A stretch of DNA of 64,000 bases from Solirubrobacteraceae bacterium. Lineage in GTDB: Bacteria; Actinomycetota; Thermoleophilia; Solirubrobacterales; Solirubrobacteraceae. The notes below the pieces were generated by a model. That model saw nothing but the letters and a program-made list of their open reading frames with translations. It had not been told where the DNA came from and did not search any database. Positions within the stretch are counted from its first letter, which is position 1. The number at the start of each line of letters is the position of its first letter. Where the stretch lies: the NCBI GenBank assembly GCA_035294345.1, contig DATGLC010000019.1:18065-82064 (forward strand), given 5' to 3'. Positions 48,195-57,977 of this stretch are shown here, one piece after another. Both the position numbers and the translations under genes were made by a program.

Positions 48195-50354
48195 ATGGTC
48201 CGGCAACGCAGACGCGCCCTGAGCGCGGTGGCCCCAAGGCCGCGGTGGGCGGGAGCGCTCGTCCTCGGCGCGATCATCCTGGCGGGGGCCTTCGCGTCGG
48301 CGTCGCCGGCCGCCAGCCCGTCCCGCGCGCGGCTTGGGCGCGGTTCTGCGGCGGCCGGCGCGGCCTGCGCGGCGAGCAGGCCGCAGCCCGTGACCGGTCC
48401 CGTCCCGAACCCGTTCGGCGCCGGCGTCACGATCTTCAGCCCCTCGGAGTCGCCGTCCACGATCAATGCGGCGCTCAGCTCGACGGCATCGACTGATGCG
48501 CCGCACGAGTTCTTCTTTTTGCCCGGGACCTACGGCAGCGCCTCGGCGACCCCTGGGACCGCCACCACCGCCAACACCATCCAGGCGGTGGTCGCGCCGG
48601 GGAGCATCGTCGCCGGGCTCGGGCCGAGCCCGTGCGATGTCGTGATCAACGGCGCTCTGGACATCCCGGAGGACAGCTTCCCGGGCGCTCCGCCGAACAC
48701 CGGCCTGGCGATCCGGCCAAGCCAGCTGGAGAACCTGACGATAAACCCGATCGAGAGCGGCGATCCGGCGCACACCATGACCTGGTTCACCTCGCAGACG
48801 GCCACCTGGCGGCGCGTGAACCTGCTCGGCAACCTCGACGTCGACCTCACGCATCCGGTGACCGGTCCCTGCACGCATCCGTGCACGGCCGCAAACGGCG
48901 ACCCCTACCTGGCTGACGCCTACGGCGGCGCCGCCAATGGCTTTGAGATCGCCAACTCGAACATCACCGGGGAGATCATCGACGCCAACGGGGAGAACAC
49001 GCCCGGCAAGGCCGGCGCGAACAGCAACGAGGATCTGTTCATCGAGGGCAGCCACGTCGGAGGTTGGCGAGGGTTTGGGGTGGACCAGGTGTTCGCAGGC
49101 GACACGGGGGCGCCCGCGAGCGACTTCGGTCCGGCAACCAGGTCCCGCCCGCCGGGCGACATCGACAACATCCACAGGCTCGCGGTGGTGCGGGAGTCGC
49201 CGTTCGTCGTCTACGAGCATCGCCGCTTCTTCGTCTTTGACCCGAAGGTTCAGTTCGGCCGGGTGGGCTACGACTGGACGGTGAGCCCCCGGACGGGCGC
49301 GCTGCTGCCACTGCGTCGCTTCTACATCGCAAGGCCGGGCACCGCCATCGCGGGCAGGCTCGATGCCGCGCTCGCTCACGGCCGCGACGTGCTCCTCACG
49401 CCCGGCGGTTACGTTCTCGGCGCGCCACTGACGGTGAGCAGGCCCGATGAGGTCGTGTTCGGGCTCGGGGAGAGCACGCTGACCGCCGACCGCGGCACCC
49501 CGACGGTCGTCGTGACCAACCGGGCTGTCGGGGCGGTGCTTGCGGGATTCGACGCCAACGGCAGCGGCGACCGGTTCGCGGCCGCTCAGATCGTGATCGG
49601 CACCACCCCGGGCGCGACCGGGTCGCCCGCCGACCCGACCACGCTCAGCGATGTGAGCACGATCAGCGACGCCACGACGGATGAGGTCATCAATCAGAAC
49701 GACGTGCTGCAGAACCAGGCCGAGATTCAGGCGATCGGCTTTGGCACCTACACGGCCAGCGCCTGGGCCCAGCGCGCCGGTGACTACGGCGTCGTCGTCA
49801 ACGGCGACCGGGTCACGCTTGAGGGCATCTGGCTGGAGCACTTCAAGAAGACCGAGGCGACCTGGAACGGCCAGGGTGGCCGGGTTGTCTTCATGGAGAA
49901 CGAGCTGCCCTTCACGCCGCCGTTCACCGCCGACGGTGTGCCTCCGAGCTCCTGGAGCCTGCGGCCCGGCTTCCACGGCTACCCGAGCCTGGTCGTGTCA
50001 CCCCACGTGAGGACGTTCGCCCTCAGCGGCTTTCAGTCCTGGAGCAGGTTCTCCAACGGCTGCTACTGCCTGGTGACGAGCCTGATCGTCACCCCGGTGA
50101 GGCCGCACGTGACCTTCCGGGACCTGTTCAGCGGCCTCATCCTCGGGACGGCCACGTCTGCCACACCCTCGGGGGACACCGAGGGAGGGGTGCTGAACGT
50201 GATCAACAGAGACGGTGTCTCGGCGTACGTGCCGTATGCCGCGAGCTGGGCGGGAAGCTCTGCGTTCCCGCACTCCGACGTCTACGGTCACGAGGTGACA
50301 GCACGCATCACGGCGTTCCCCGCCCCCGAGGGCCGGCGGGCGACAGGCGGCTGA
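48195..50354 (+). CDS. Secreted GH55-like beta-1,3-glucanase
   Basis: Signal peptide; FFLPGTY, AGLG.SP.DV, SQTATWRR, FYIARPG, LLTPG.Y, VFGLG..TL, LEHFKK, FMENELP pattern of actinobacterial GH55. Confidence 0.75.
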   Translation: MVRQRRRALSAVAPRPRWAGALVLGAIILAGAFASASPAASPSRARLGRGSAAAGAACAASRPQPVTGPVPNPFGAGVTIFSPSESPSTINAALSSTASTDAPHEFFFLPGTYGSASATPGTATTANTIQAVVAPGSIVAGLGPSPCDVVINGALDIPEDSFPGAPPNTGLAIRPSQLENLTINPIESGDPAHTMTWFTSQTATWRRVNLLGNLDVDLTHPVTGPCTHPCTAANGDPYLADAYGGAANGFEIANSNITGEIIDANGENTPGKAGANSNEDLFIEGSHVGGWRGFGVDQVFAGDTGAPASDFGPATRSRPPGDIDNIHRLAVVRESPFVVYEHRRFFVFDPKVQFGRVGYDWTVSPRTGALLPLRRFYIARPGTAIAGRLDAALAHGRDVLLTPGGYVLGAPLTVSRPDEVVFGLGESTLTADRGTPTVVVTNRAVGAVLAGFDANGSGDRFAAAQIVIGTTPGATGSPADPTTLSDVSTISDATTDEVINQNDVLQNQAEIQAIGFGTYTASAWAQRAGDYGVVVNGDRVTLEGIWLEHFKKTEATWNGQGGRVVFMENELPFTPPFTADGVPPSSWSLRPGFHGYPSLVVSPHVRTFALSGFQSWSRFSNGCYCLVTSLIVTPVRPHVTFRDLFSGLILGTATSATPSGDTEGGVLNVINRDGVSAYVPYAASWAGSSAFPHSDVYGHEVTARITAFPAPEGRRATGG

Positions 50355-50395
50355 GGCTCGGCCGCGGCCGGCCCCAGGCTCTGATCGGCCAAGCA

Positions 50396-50428
50396 CCGGG
50401 GGCTGCTCGGATCCCGAGCAGCCCCCGG
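50396..50428 (+). terminator. Perfect 15-bp hairpin after the GH55 gene
   Basis: CCGGGGGCTGCTCGG-ATC-CCGAGCAGCCCCCGG. Confidence 0.65.
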
Positions 50429-50983
50429 CCGCTGCCGACAGTCCTGTCGAACGGGCCCTCGAAGCGACCCTGAGGTGAGCAACCGCCTTGAACTCGCCGG
50501 GACAGTCGCGGTGCCCGCCGACAGGCGCGGCAGCGAATGGGACGGGGTGCTCCGACGCACCCGCCGCAAACGAGCCCGGCCGCGCTCATGCGCCGCGCGC
50601 TCGAGATCTGCGAGACCGACCGCATCGCGACCACCAGAAGCGGAAAGCCCGGTACCGGTGGCGCCTGGGGAGACGAAGCGACAGCCACCGTCATCGGGTC
50701 AGGTTCGGCTCGCGGCTCGCTGGCTCAGGACCGCGTAGGCGAGCTGCGATTGCGCTCGCCACCGTCACCGACGGCTGGCGCGTTCGGCCGATCGTGGTCT
50801 AAGTGTCACCGACCGACAACTGCACGACAACCAGCGACGACAGACAGCTCGGAACCGGAGCGGATCCGATTGGAAGTACTGGTGGACGCAATTGCCAGAT
50901 GACCACGGTACGTCCAGCGCCGGATCGATCTGTTCTGACGGGCCGAAGGCATCAAAAAACCCAGCTGAGCGGAGCTTTTCAAG

Positions 50984-51068
<85 letters not shown>

Positions 51069-51180
51069 GTTGGGGCGGCCAGTATACCCCGCCCGCTCGC
51101 CGCGTCGCGGGTGCGGCGACCGCGGGGCGGCCGGGACCGCGACCGGCTTGCGTTCCGTCCGGCGGCGGCGCTACCGTACA

Positions 51181-51194
51181 CGAACACATGTTCG
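51181..51194. promoter_or_regulatory. SOS (LexA) box
   Basis: CGAACACATGTTCG matches Gram-positive GAAC-N4-GTTC; upstream of lexA and just after a TACCGT -10. Confidence 0.92.
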
Positions 51195-51260
51195 TCAAGC
51201 GCGTTGCAACCGCGTCCCCGTCAGGCGTCTCGGCGCCCTGAAGCCCCAGAGGAGGACCGC

Positions 51261-51869
51261 ATGGACCTGACCAAGCGCCAGCAGGAGATCGTCGACTTCA
51301 TCAGGGAGCACTCGGCGACGCACGGATATCCGCCGACCGTGAGGGACATCGGCCGCGCGGTCGGGCTCGCATCGTCGTCCACGGTCCACGCCCATCTGGC
51401 GAACCTCGAGCGGGCCGGGGCGATCCGGCGGGACCCGACCAAGCCGCGCGCGATCGAGCTGCTCCACCGGGCGGCGGCGGGCGCGAGGGCACTCGGCGGT
51501 GGCCTGCCACTCGTCGGACAGGTAGCGGCGGGCCAGCCTCTGCTGGCCGAGGAGAACATCGAGGAGTACATCGAGACGCCGGGCGTCGCCGGCGGGCACG
51601 AGGGCGAGTATCTGCTGCGCGTGCGCGGGGACTCGATGCGGGACGCCGGCATCCTCGACGGGGACCTGGTCGTCGTGCGCCGCCAGGAGACCGCCCGCGA
51701 CGGCGAGATCGTGGTCGCGCTCGTCGGGGAGGAGGCGACCGTCAAGCGGTTCTTCCGAGAGGCCGACCACGTGCGCCTTCAGCCCGAGAACCCGGAGATG
51801 GAGCCGATCCGCACGCGCGAGGCGCGCATCCTCGGGCGCGTGGTGGGGCTGATGCGGAGCATCTCATGA
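51261..51869 (+). CDS. lexA: LexA repressor
   Basis: LTKRQQEI, GYPPTVRDI, VAAG cleavage site, GDSM Ser, ATVK Lys. Confidence 0.98.
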   Translation: MDLTKRQQEIVDFIREHSATHGYPPTVRDIGRAVGLASSSTVHAHLANLERAGAIRRDPTKPRAIELLHRAAAGARALGGGLPLVGQVAAGQPLLAEENIEEYIETPGVAGGHEGEYLLRVRGDSMRDAGILDGDLVVVRRQETARDGEIVVALVGEEATVKRFFREADHVRLQPENPEMEPIRTREARILGRVVGLMRSIS

Positions 51870-52213
51870 GCACGCTCGAGCCATCGGTCAGGATCGGCGG
51901 CCGCGCCTGGCGCCGGCTGCGGAGATCGGCAGCCGCGCCTGTGGCCGAGGGCGACCGCGCACGCGGCAGGCGAGGCGGCCCCGGGCGCCCGCCGCCGTGT
52001 GATGCCCGCTGCGTGGCCGGCGAGGCGCCGGCGCGGGCAGGTCGTGACGAGGAGCCCAGCCTGGACGAGGCTGTGTCAGAGCTGTGGCGGGGGCTCGTCG
52101 CGCGGTCGCCGGGGGCGTGCCCCGTCTGCGGAGCGGAGATGAGGCCATCCTTCGGCGCGCACGCGGTCCCGGTCGGGGGCCTGTGCTCGGGCTGCGGGAC
52201 GCGGCTCAGCTGA
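51866..52213 (+). CDS. Small CxxC..CxxC zinc-ribbon protein coupled to lexA
   Basis: ATGA overlap with the lexA stop; CPVCG and CSGCG. Confidence 0.65.
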   Translation: MSTLEPSVRIGGRAWRRLRRSAAAPVAEGDRARGRRGGPGRPPPCDARCVAGEAPARAGRDEEPSLDEAVSELWRGLVARSPGACPVCGAEMRPSFGAHAVPVGGLCSGCGTRLS

Positions 52214-52293
52214 GACGGCAAGCCGGCCCGTGCAGACCGGCGCGTCCCAGCGCGCGCCCAGGCGGGCTGGTCGCGCACGGTATGCTCGACCAT

Positions 52294-52620
52294 GCAGGCC
52301 GAGCAGTCGCGGAGGTGCATGCGCCTTCGAGGAAAGTCCGGACATCACAGGGCAGGGTGGTCGGTAACACCGACCCGGGGAAACCCGAGGGAAAGCGCCA
52401 CAGAAATGACACCGCCTAAGCCTGGGGCTGCTGCAGCGCTCCAGGCCGGCAAGGGTGAAATGGTGCGGTAAGAGCGCACCGGCGTCGCGGTGACGCGGCG
52501 GCCAGGCAAGCCCCACCCGATGCTAGGCCAAGCAGGACCGTTTGCAGGTGGCCCGCCGAGGTCCGGGTAGGCCGCAGAGATGGATGACTGCTCTCGACAG
52601 GATCCGGCTTACAGGCCTGC
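52294..52620 (+). ncRNA. rnpB: RNase P RNA (type A)
   Basis: GAGGAAAGTCCGG, GAAAGCGCCACAGAAA, GGGTGAAA..GTGCGGTAAGAGCGCAC, ACAGGATCCGGCTTA; P1 GCAGGCC/GGCCTGC; TATGCT -10 upstream. Confidence 0.97.
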
Positions 52621-52624
52621 TACG

Positions 52625-52652
52625 GAAAAGCCCCGCAAATGCGGGGCTTTTC
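52625..52652 (+). terminator. Intrinsic terminator of rnpB
   Basis: GAAAAGCCCCGCA-AA-TGCGGGGCTTTTC. Confidence 0.9.
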
Positions 52653-52890
52653 TATGCCCCGGCAACCAGGCTTGCCGCAGCTCCCGAGTCGGCCGACTCG
52701 GCGGTCTCTCCGAACCGCTCGGCCCGAGCGCCCGGCCTGCGCCTCCCGTGCGTGCCTCAACGTCCCGAACCGCCCCATCACCATCCGGTGGTGGCGGACG
52801 ATCTCAGGCGGGGTTTGCTCAAAAAGCCTGTTTGCCGCCATAGCAAATAGAGCGATATAGAGAATACATGCTGCTATGCTCCAATTCGCG

Positions 52891-54006
52891 ATGGCAGCAA
52901 ACGACCCTATGCGAGAGAACGAGCTCGTCGATGCTGCTGTCACCTGGCTGCGGGAGCGGATCCCCGCGGCGTGGTCTGTCGAGCCCGCGGATCAGGACGC
53001 CATGCCTGGCGGTCGCGGCCGGCCCGGCGGCACGATCGTCATCAACGGTCAGAGCGTGTTCGCGACGCTCGCGGTCGAAGCGAAGCGTTCGCTCCGGCCG
53101 CGCGACGTGGCGGGCCTCTTCGGGAGCGTCGGCCGCACGCTCCGCGCGCTCTCACCGGACATCCCGATTCTCGTCGTCGCGCCCTGGCTGAGCCCGCGCA
53201 CGCGTGACCTGCTCGCGGCCGAGGGGATCAACTTTCTCGACCTGACGGGGAACGCGCTCGTTCGCCTCGAGAGCCCGGCGCTCTTCATCCAGTCTCAGGG
53301 CGCCGACCGCGACCCCTCGCCAACACCGCGCGGCAAGGCTCGCGTCCGTGGCCCGAAGGCGGCGCGACTGATCCGCACCCTCATCGACGTCCGACCGCCC
53401 TACGGCGTCCGCGACCTCGCCGAAGCCACAGGACTCGCCCCCGGCTACATCTCGCGCCTCCTCTACGCGCTCGACGACGACGCGCTCCTCGAGCGCAGCA
53501 AGCGCGGCCAGGTTGAATCGGTCGACATCGCAGCGCTCCTTCGCCGCTGGGCGGAGAGCTACGAGCTCTTCCGTAGCAACGATGCGCAGCCGTACCTCGC
53601 TGCGCGCGGGGCAGAGGATGCGCTCGGCCGCCTTCCTGAGCTGCCCACGCTGCGCACAGCCGTTTCCGGTTCGTTCGCTGCCGTCCGCCTGTCGCCCGTC
53701 GCTGCGCCCGCGCTCCTGACCGTCTACTGCGAGGACGCCAAGGCTCTAGCTGACGCACTTGATCTCATTCCTGCAGACCGGGGCGCGAACGTCGTGCTGC
53801 TTCGCCCCTTTGACCCGATCGTCTGGGAACGGACGGACGAAGAGGGCGGTGTTCGTTACGTGGCGCCGTCGCAAGCCGCGGTCGACTGCCTCACCGGGAA
53901 CGGCCGCATGCCGGCTGAAGGCGAAGCGCTCATCCAGTGGCTGCTTGCAAACGAGCCAGCGTGGAGGCTCGACTCCCTGGCCCGGGTCGGCGGACCACCT
54001 GCGTGA
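52891..54006 (+). CDS. AbiEi-like (type IV TA) antitoxin/regulator with wHTH
   Basis: AVEAKR, GINFLDLTGN, GVRDLAEATGLAPGYISR HTH, GANVVL, SQAAVDCL..GR..EGE. Confidence 0.7.
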   Translation: MAANDPMRENELVDAAVTWLRERIPAAWSVEPADQDAMPGGRGRPGGTIVINGQSVFATLAVEAKRSLRPRDVAGLFGSVGRTLRALSPDIPILVVAPWLSPRTRDLLAAEGINFLDLTGNALVRLESPALFIQSQGADRDPSPTPRGKARVRGPKAARLIRTLIDVRPPYGVRDLAEATGLAPGYISRLLYALDDDALLERSKRGQVESVDIAALLRRWAESYELFRSNDAQPYLAARGAEDALGRLPELPTLRTAVSGSFAAVRLSPVAAPALLTVYCEDAKALADALDLIPADRGANVVLLRPFDPIVWERTDEEGGVRYVAPSQAAVDCLTGNGRMPAEGEALIQWLLANEPAWRLDSLARVGGPPA

Positions 54007-54848
54007 CGACAGCGATCGACCCACGGTATGTTGCTGCACGGCGCGTCCTCCTGGACGCACTCGAGGCACTCGCCGAGCACGGGCAAGCCGTCATCGTCGC
54101 CGGTGCGCAGGCGGTCTACCTCCGCACCGGCGAAGGCGAGATCGGCATCTCGCCCTATACGACCGACGGCGACCTTGCGATCGATCCGGCGACCCTCAAG
54201 GACGAGCCCCGACTCGAAACGGCGATGCGTGCCGCGGACTTCACGCCGAGCCTCACCGAGCCTGGCATCTGGTTCGCAGCTACGACCGTCGATGGCGAGG
54301 AGCTGACGATCCCGATTGACCTGATCGTTCCGGAGGGCGTTGCGCCACCGGGTGGGCGTCGCGGCGCCCGCCTGGGACCGCACGGAAATCGCGCCGCGCG
54401 TCGCGCAGTTGGTCTCGAAGCAGCGCTCGTCGATCACTCGCCGATGACGGTCACAGCCCTCGAACCCTCCGACACGCGCGCGTTTGAAGTCGAGGTCGCG
54501 GGTGCCGCGGCCCTGCTCGTCGCCAAGGCCCACAAGATCCACGATCGGCTCGCGTCCAACCGTCCGCAAAGAGCGGAGGACAAGGACGCCTCCGACGTCT
54601 ACCGGCTCATGCAGACCACCCCGCCGACCGTCGCAGCCGGCCGGCTCGCGATGCTTCGGCAGCACGAAACAGCGGGACCGGTAACCGGGGCCGCGATCGG
54701 CTATCTCATGAAGCTCTTTGGGCGCCGAAATGCCGAAGGCGTGCGGATGGCGGTCCGAGCTCTTCAGCTCGCAATCCCAGAAGAGCAGGTCGGAACGCTT
54801 GCAACCGACTTCATCAATCGTTTGACCGCGGCGCTCGGAGAAAGCTGA
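54003..54848 (+). CDS. AbiEii/MenT-like nucleotidyltransferase toxin
   Basis: VAGAQAV, TTDGDL (DxD), LLVAKAHK, KDASD; GTGA overlap with the antitoxin-like gene. Confidence 0.72.
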   Translation: MTTAIDPRYVAARRVLLDALEALAEHGQAVIVAGAQAVYLRTGEGEIGISPYTTDGDLAIDPATLKDEPRLETAMRAADFTPSLTEPGIWFAATTVDGEELTIPIDLIVPEGVAPPGGRRGARLGPHGNRAARRAVGLEAALVDHSPMTVTALEPSDTRAFEVEVAGAAALLVAKAHKIHDRLASNRPQRAEDKDASDVYRLMQTTPPTVAAGRLAMLRQHETAGPVTGAAIGYLMKLFGRRNAEGVRMAVRALQLAIPEEQVGTLATDFINRLTAALGES

Positions 54849-55341
54849 TGAGGCTCTCAATCAGCGAGATGAGAGACATCTCGATTCCGGATGCCTCGCA
54901 TCCGGGGTGGGGCATCCGCGACGTCGTCGAAATGGGCGGCGGAGACTGGCAAGGGTGCTCAACGTGACCTGCGTGTGTAGGCCTGCCCGCGATCACGGTT
55001 TGCTCCCCAGGGTTGATCACGAGAACTCCCCAGGTCGGTAGCGCGGTCGGCCGGGCTCGGCCGGGCTCGGCCGTGCCGCCATCGCTTCCCCAGGCAGAGC
55101 CCGATTCACCTAGCGGGGTCGCGCATCGCTTGAGCTCGTCCATGGTCAGCGCGGCCGGCAGCACCTCGCGTTTGCCGGCGTGCGCAGCGCAGGGCCGGGT
55201 CGCGCTCGTGCGCCGAGCAGGTCATCGGCGCCAGCCGCCTTTCCAGCTCGCAGAAGCGGACTCGGTGAACGCCTCGCCGAGCCGCTCGGCCGGACCGGGC
55301 AAAAGCGCGGCCCGGATCGCGTGAGCGGGCCCCTCCGAAGG

Positions 55342-55396
55342 CATCTTCCCCCAATCCAGGACATCTTCCCCCAATGGGCCGCCTTCCCCGTAGGAT
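55342..55396 (+). promoter_or_regulatory. Direct-repeat activator site plus -10 upstream of the acylase
   Basis: CATCTTCCCCCAAT at 55342 and 55362 (20-bp period); TAGGAT at 55391. Confidence 0.5.
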
Positions 55397-55435
55397 GTCC
55401 GCCGCGGGCAGACCCCGCCCGACGAGGGAGCTGAG

Positions 55436-57922
55436 ATGAGATCAAGCCGAGCTGGGAGAGGGCGCCTCCGCGCCCGGCGCCGGTCGTGGACGGCGCTGGC
55501 GGGCGCCTCGCTGGTGGCGGCCGCGGCGGTGATCGTCGCGCTGGTGGGGGCGGCGGCGGCGGTCGCGGCCGTGGCGATCCCGGCGCCGGCGGGCAACAGG
55601 GTGGTGATCACCCGCGATCGAGCCGGCGTCCCGCACATCGTCGCGTCCAATTTCAGGGCGCTCGGCTACGGGGAGGGCTGGGCCTTCGCGCAGGACAACC
55701 TGTGCACCTTCGCCAACGACGTGGTCACGCTGCGCGGACAGCGCGCCAGGTACTTCGGCGCCGACGGCACCGCCGTCAACTACTCGGCAGGGGTGGCCAG
55801 CACCAACCTTCAGTCGGACCTGTTCTGGCACTACATCGCCGCCACCGGGATCGTAAGGCGCGAGCTCTCCGCCCGGTCGGGGCTGCTGCCCCAGGTGCGC
55901 GCGGTCTACGAGGGCTGGGTCGCCGGCTACAACCGCTACCTGCGCTCCGGCCTGTTGCGCGACCCCGCATGCCGTGGCCGGCGCTGGCTTTCTCCGATCA
56001 CGCTCGCCGACCTGCTGCTGCGCGGCGTGCAGATCATCACCGAGGCCTCCTCGCAGCAGTTCATCGCCGGTATCGACGAGGCCGCGCCGCCGGCCGCCGG
56101 CGCGACCGTCGCACGGGCGCTCGCCGGCGCGCGTCCGACACGCTCGGAACTGGCGGCGCTGCGCCGGCAGTTCGACCTCTCGTCCTCGGCGGGCTCCAAC
56201 GGCATCGGCCTGGGCGCGCTGGACACCCGCGCGCACACGGGGATGGTGCTCGCCAACCCCCACTTCCCCTGGCGCGGAACCGAGCGGTTCTGGATGGCTC
56301 AGCTTGACGTGCCGGGCGCCTACGACGTCGAGGGCGGCACGCTGATGGGGTTCCCGCTGATCGGAATCGGCTTCAACCGCAACATCGCCTGGACGCACAC
56401 GGTCTCGACCGATCGCCGGTTCGTGCTCTATCGCCTGAGCCTCGTTCCCGGCGACCCGACGAGCTACTACCTCAACGGCCGCGCGGTGCGCATGGGCCGC
56501 ATCACCGTGTCCTTCAAGGATGGGCGCTCGTTCGTGCGCCACACGTTCTACACGACACGCTGGGGGGTGGTCACGGACGTCCCCGCGGCCGGCTACCTGT
56601 GGACCGCCACGACCGCCTACGCGCTCGACGACTTCACCGAGGCGGCGGGGGTGCGCGCCGCTGATGAGTACTTCCAGATGGGCAGGGCCGACTCCGTGCA
56701 CGCGCTGTTCGATGTGGAGGCGCATTACCTCGCGATTCCGACCTTCAACACGATCGCCGCCGACGACCGAGGCTGGGCCTACTACGGGGATGTCGGCGAC
56801 ACGCCCGCGGTGACCGCGGCCAAGCTCGCCGCCTGCCTGCCCGCCGGGCTGCCGACGCTCGTCTATGACCTGGCGCACGTGATCACGCTCGACGGGAGCA
56901 GCACCGCGTGCGCCACGCAGGAGTTTGCGGGCACGCCGCAGACCGGCATCCTGCCGGGGCGCGAGCTGCCGCATCTGTTCCGTCGCGACTACGTGGAGAA
57001 CTCCAACGACTCCTACTGGCTGGCGAACCCGTCGCATCCCCTGACCGGCTTTGCGCCGGTCATCGGCGCCACCGGCGTGCAGCAGAGAGGACGCACGCGC
57101 CTGGGCAACGCGCTGATCGCAGCTCGCGTGGCGGGCACCGACGGCCTTGGTCCGAGGCTGTTCACGATCCCGACGCTGCAGCGCATGTGGGAGGGCGACG
57201 AGTCTGAGCTGGCCCGCCTGGTGGCGGGCGATCTGGTCGCAGACTGCCGCGCCAATCCCGTTCAGGTCGCCAGCGACGGGCAGACCGTTAACCTGATGGC
57301 CGCCTGCCAGGCGCTGGCCGGCTGGGATGGCACAGGCCGGCTCGACGCCCACGGAGGCTGGCTGTTCGACGTGTGGGCCGCCACCGACACCGACAGCGAC
57401 TTCTACGCGGTCGGCTTTGACCCGGCAAGGCCGCTGAGCACGCCGACCGGCCTGAACACCGCCCCGCCCGCGGCCCCGCTCAAGTGGCTCGCCGACGCGG
57501 TCCTGAATCTCCAGGCCCACCACGTGCCGCTTGACGCGAGCTTCGGCCAGGTCCAGTACGCCCCGCAGTCGCGCCGCATCCCGATCCCCGGCTGCCCCGG
57601 CGAGGGCGGCGGGCAGGACATGGGCTGCTTCAACGCGATCTACTCTCCCAACGGGACGGCCGCCACCACCGGGCCGATCAACGGTGGTCCCTACGGACAG
57701 GTGAACGACGGCTCCTCGCTGGTCCTCACCGTGCAGCTTGACCCTGGCGGGCCGCAGGCGCAGGGCATCCTCACCTACTCGCAGGCGACCGATCCCACGT
57801 CCAGGTGGTATGACAACATGACCAGGCTGTACTCCCGCGGGCGCTGGGTGAAGCTCGCCTACACGCCCGCCGAGCTGGCCGCCCAGCACCCCCTGGCGCC
57901 CGTCACCCTGACGGCGCCTTAG
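55436..57922 (+). CDS. Secreted penicillin-acylase family Ntn-hydrolase (PvdQ/aculeacin A acylase-like)
   Basis: Signal peptide, GVPHI, GYGEGWAFAQDN, GSNG nucleophile, ANPHFPW, WTHTVS, NSNDSYW, LTYSQ. Confidence 0.92.
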   Translation: MRSSRAGRGRLRARRRSWTALAGASLVAAAAVIVALVGAAAAVAAVAIPAPAGNRVVITRDRAGVPHIVASNFRALGYGEGWAFAQDNLCTFANDVVTLRGQRARYFGADGTAVNYSAGVASTNLQSDLFWHYIAATGIVRRELSARSGLLPQVRAVYEGWVAGYNRYLRSGLLRDPACRGRRWLSPITLADLLLRGVQIITEASSQQFIAGIDEAAPPAAGATVARALAGARPTRSELAALRRQFDLSSSAGSNGIGLGALDTRAHTGMVLANPHFPWRGTERFWMAQLDVPGAYDVEGGTLMGFPLIGIGFNRNIAWTHTVSTDRRFVLYRLSLVPGDPTSYYLNGRAVRMGRITVSFKDGRSFVRHTFYTTRWGVVTDVPAAGYLWTATTAYALDDFTEAAGVRAADEYFQMGRADSVHALFDVEAHYLAIPTFNTIAADDRGWAYYGDVGDTPAVTAAKLAACLPAGLPTLVYDLAHVITLDGSSTACATQEFAGTPQTGILPGRELPHLFRRDYVENSNDSYWLANPSHPLTGFAPVIGATGVQQRGRTRLGNALIAARVAGTDGLGPRLFTIPTLQRMWEGDESELARLVAGDLVADCRANPVQVASDGQTVNLMAACQALAGWDGTGRLDAHGGWLFDVWAATDTDSDFYAVGFDPARPLSTPTGLNTAPPAAPLKWLADAVLNLQAHHVPLDASFGQVQYAPQSRRIPIPGCPGEGGGQDMGCFNAIYSPNGTAATTGPINGGPYGQVNDGSSLVLTVQLDPGGPQAQGILTYSQATDPTSRWYDNMTRLYSRGRWVKLAYTPAELAAQHPLAPVTLTAP

Positions 57923-57977
57923 CCGGAAGTCTTCGCACCGAAGGCTTCCGCCCGGCGGGAGCGGCGCGCGGCGTCGG

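Noticed and set aside
54979-54986. AGGCCTGC as a duplicated rnpB 3' end (att site)
   Set aside because: An 8-bp match is expected by chance
54814-55164. 116-aa ORF with GVLVINPG (metallophosphoesterase-like)
   Set aside because: No other metal-binding motifs; at most a fragment
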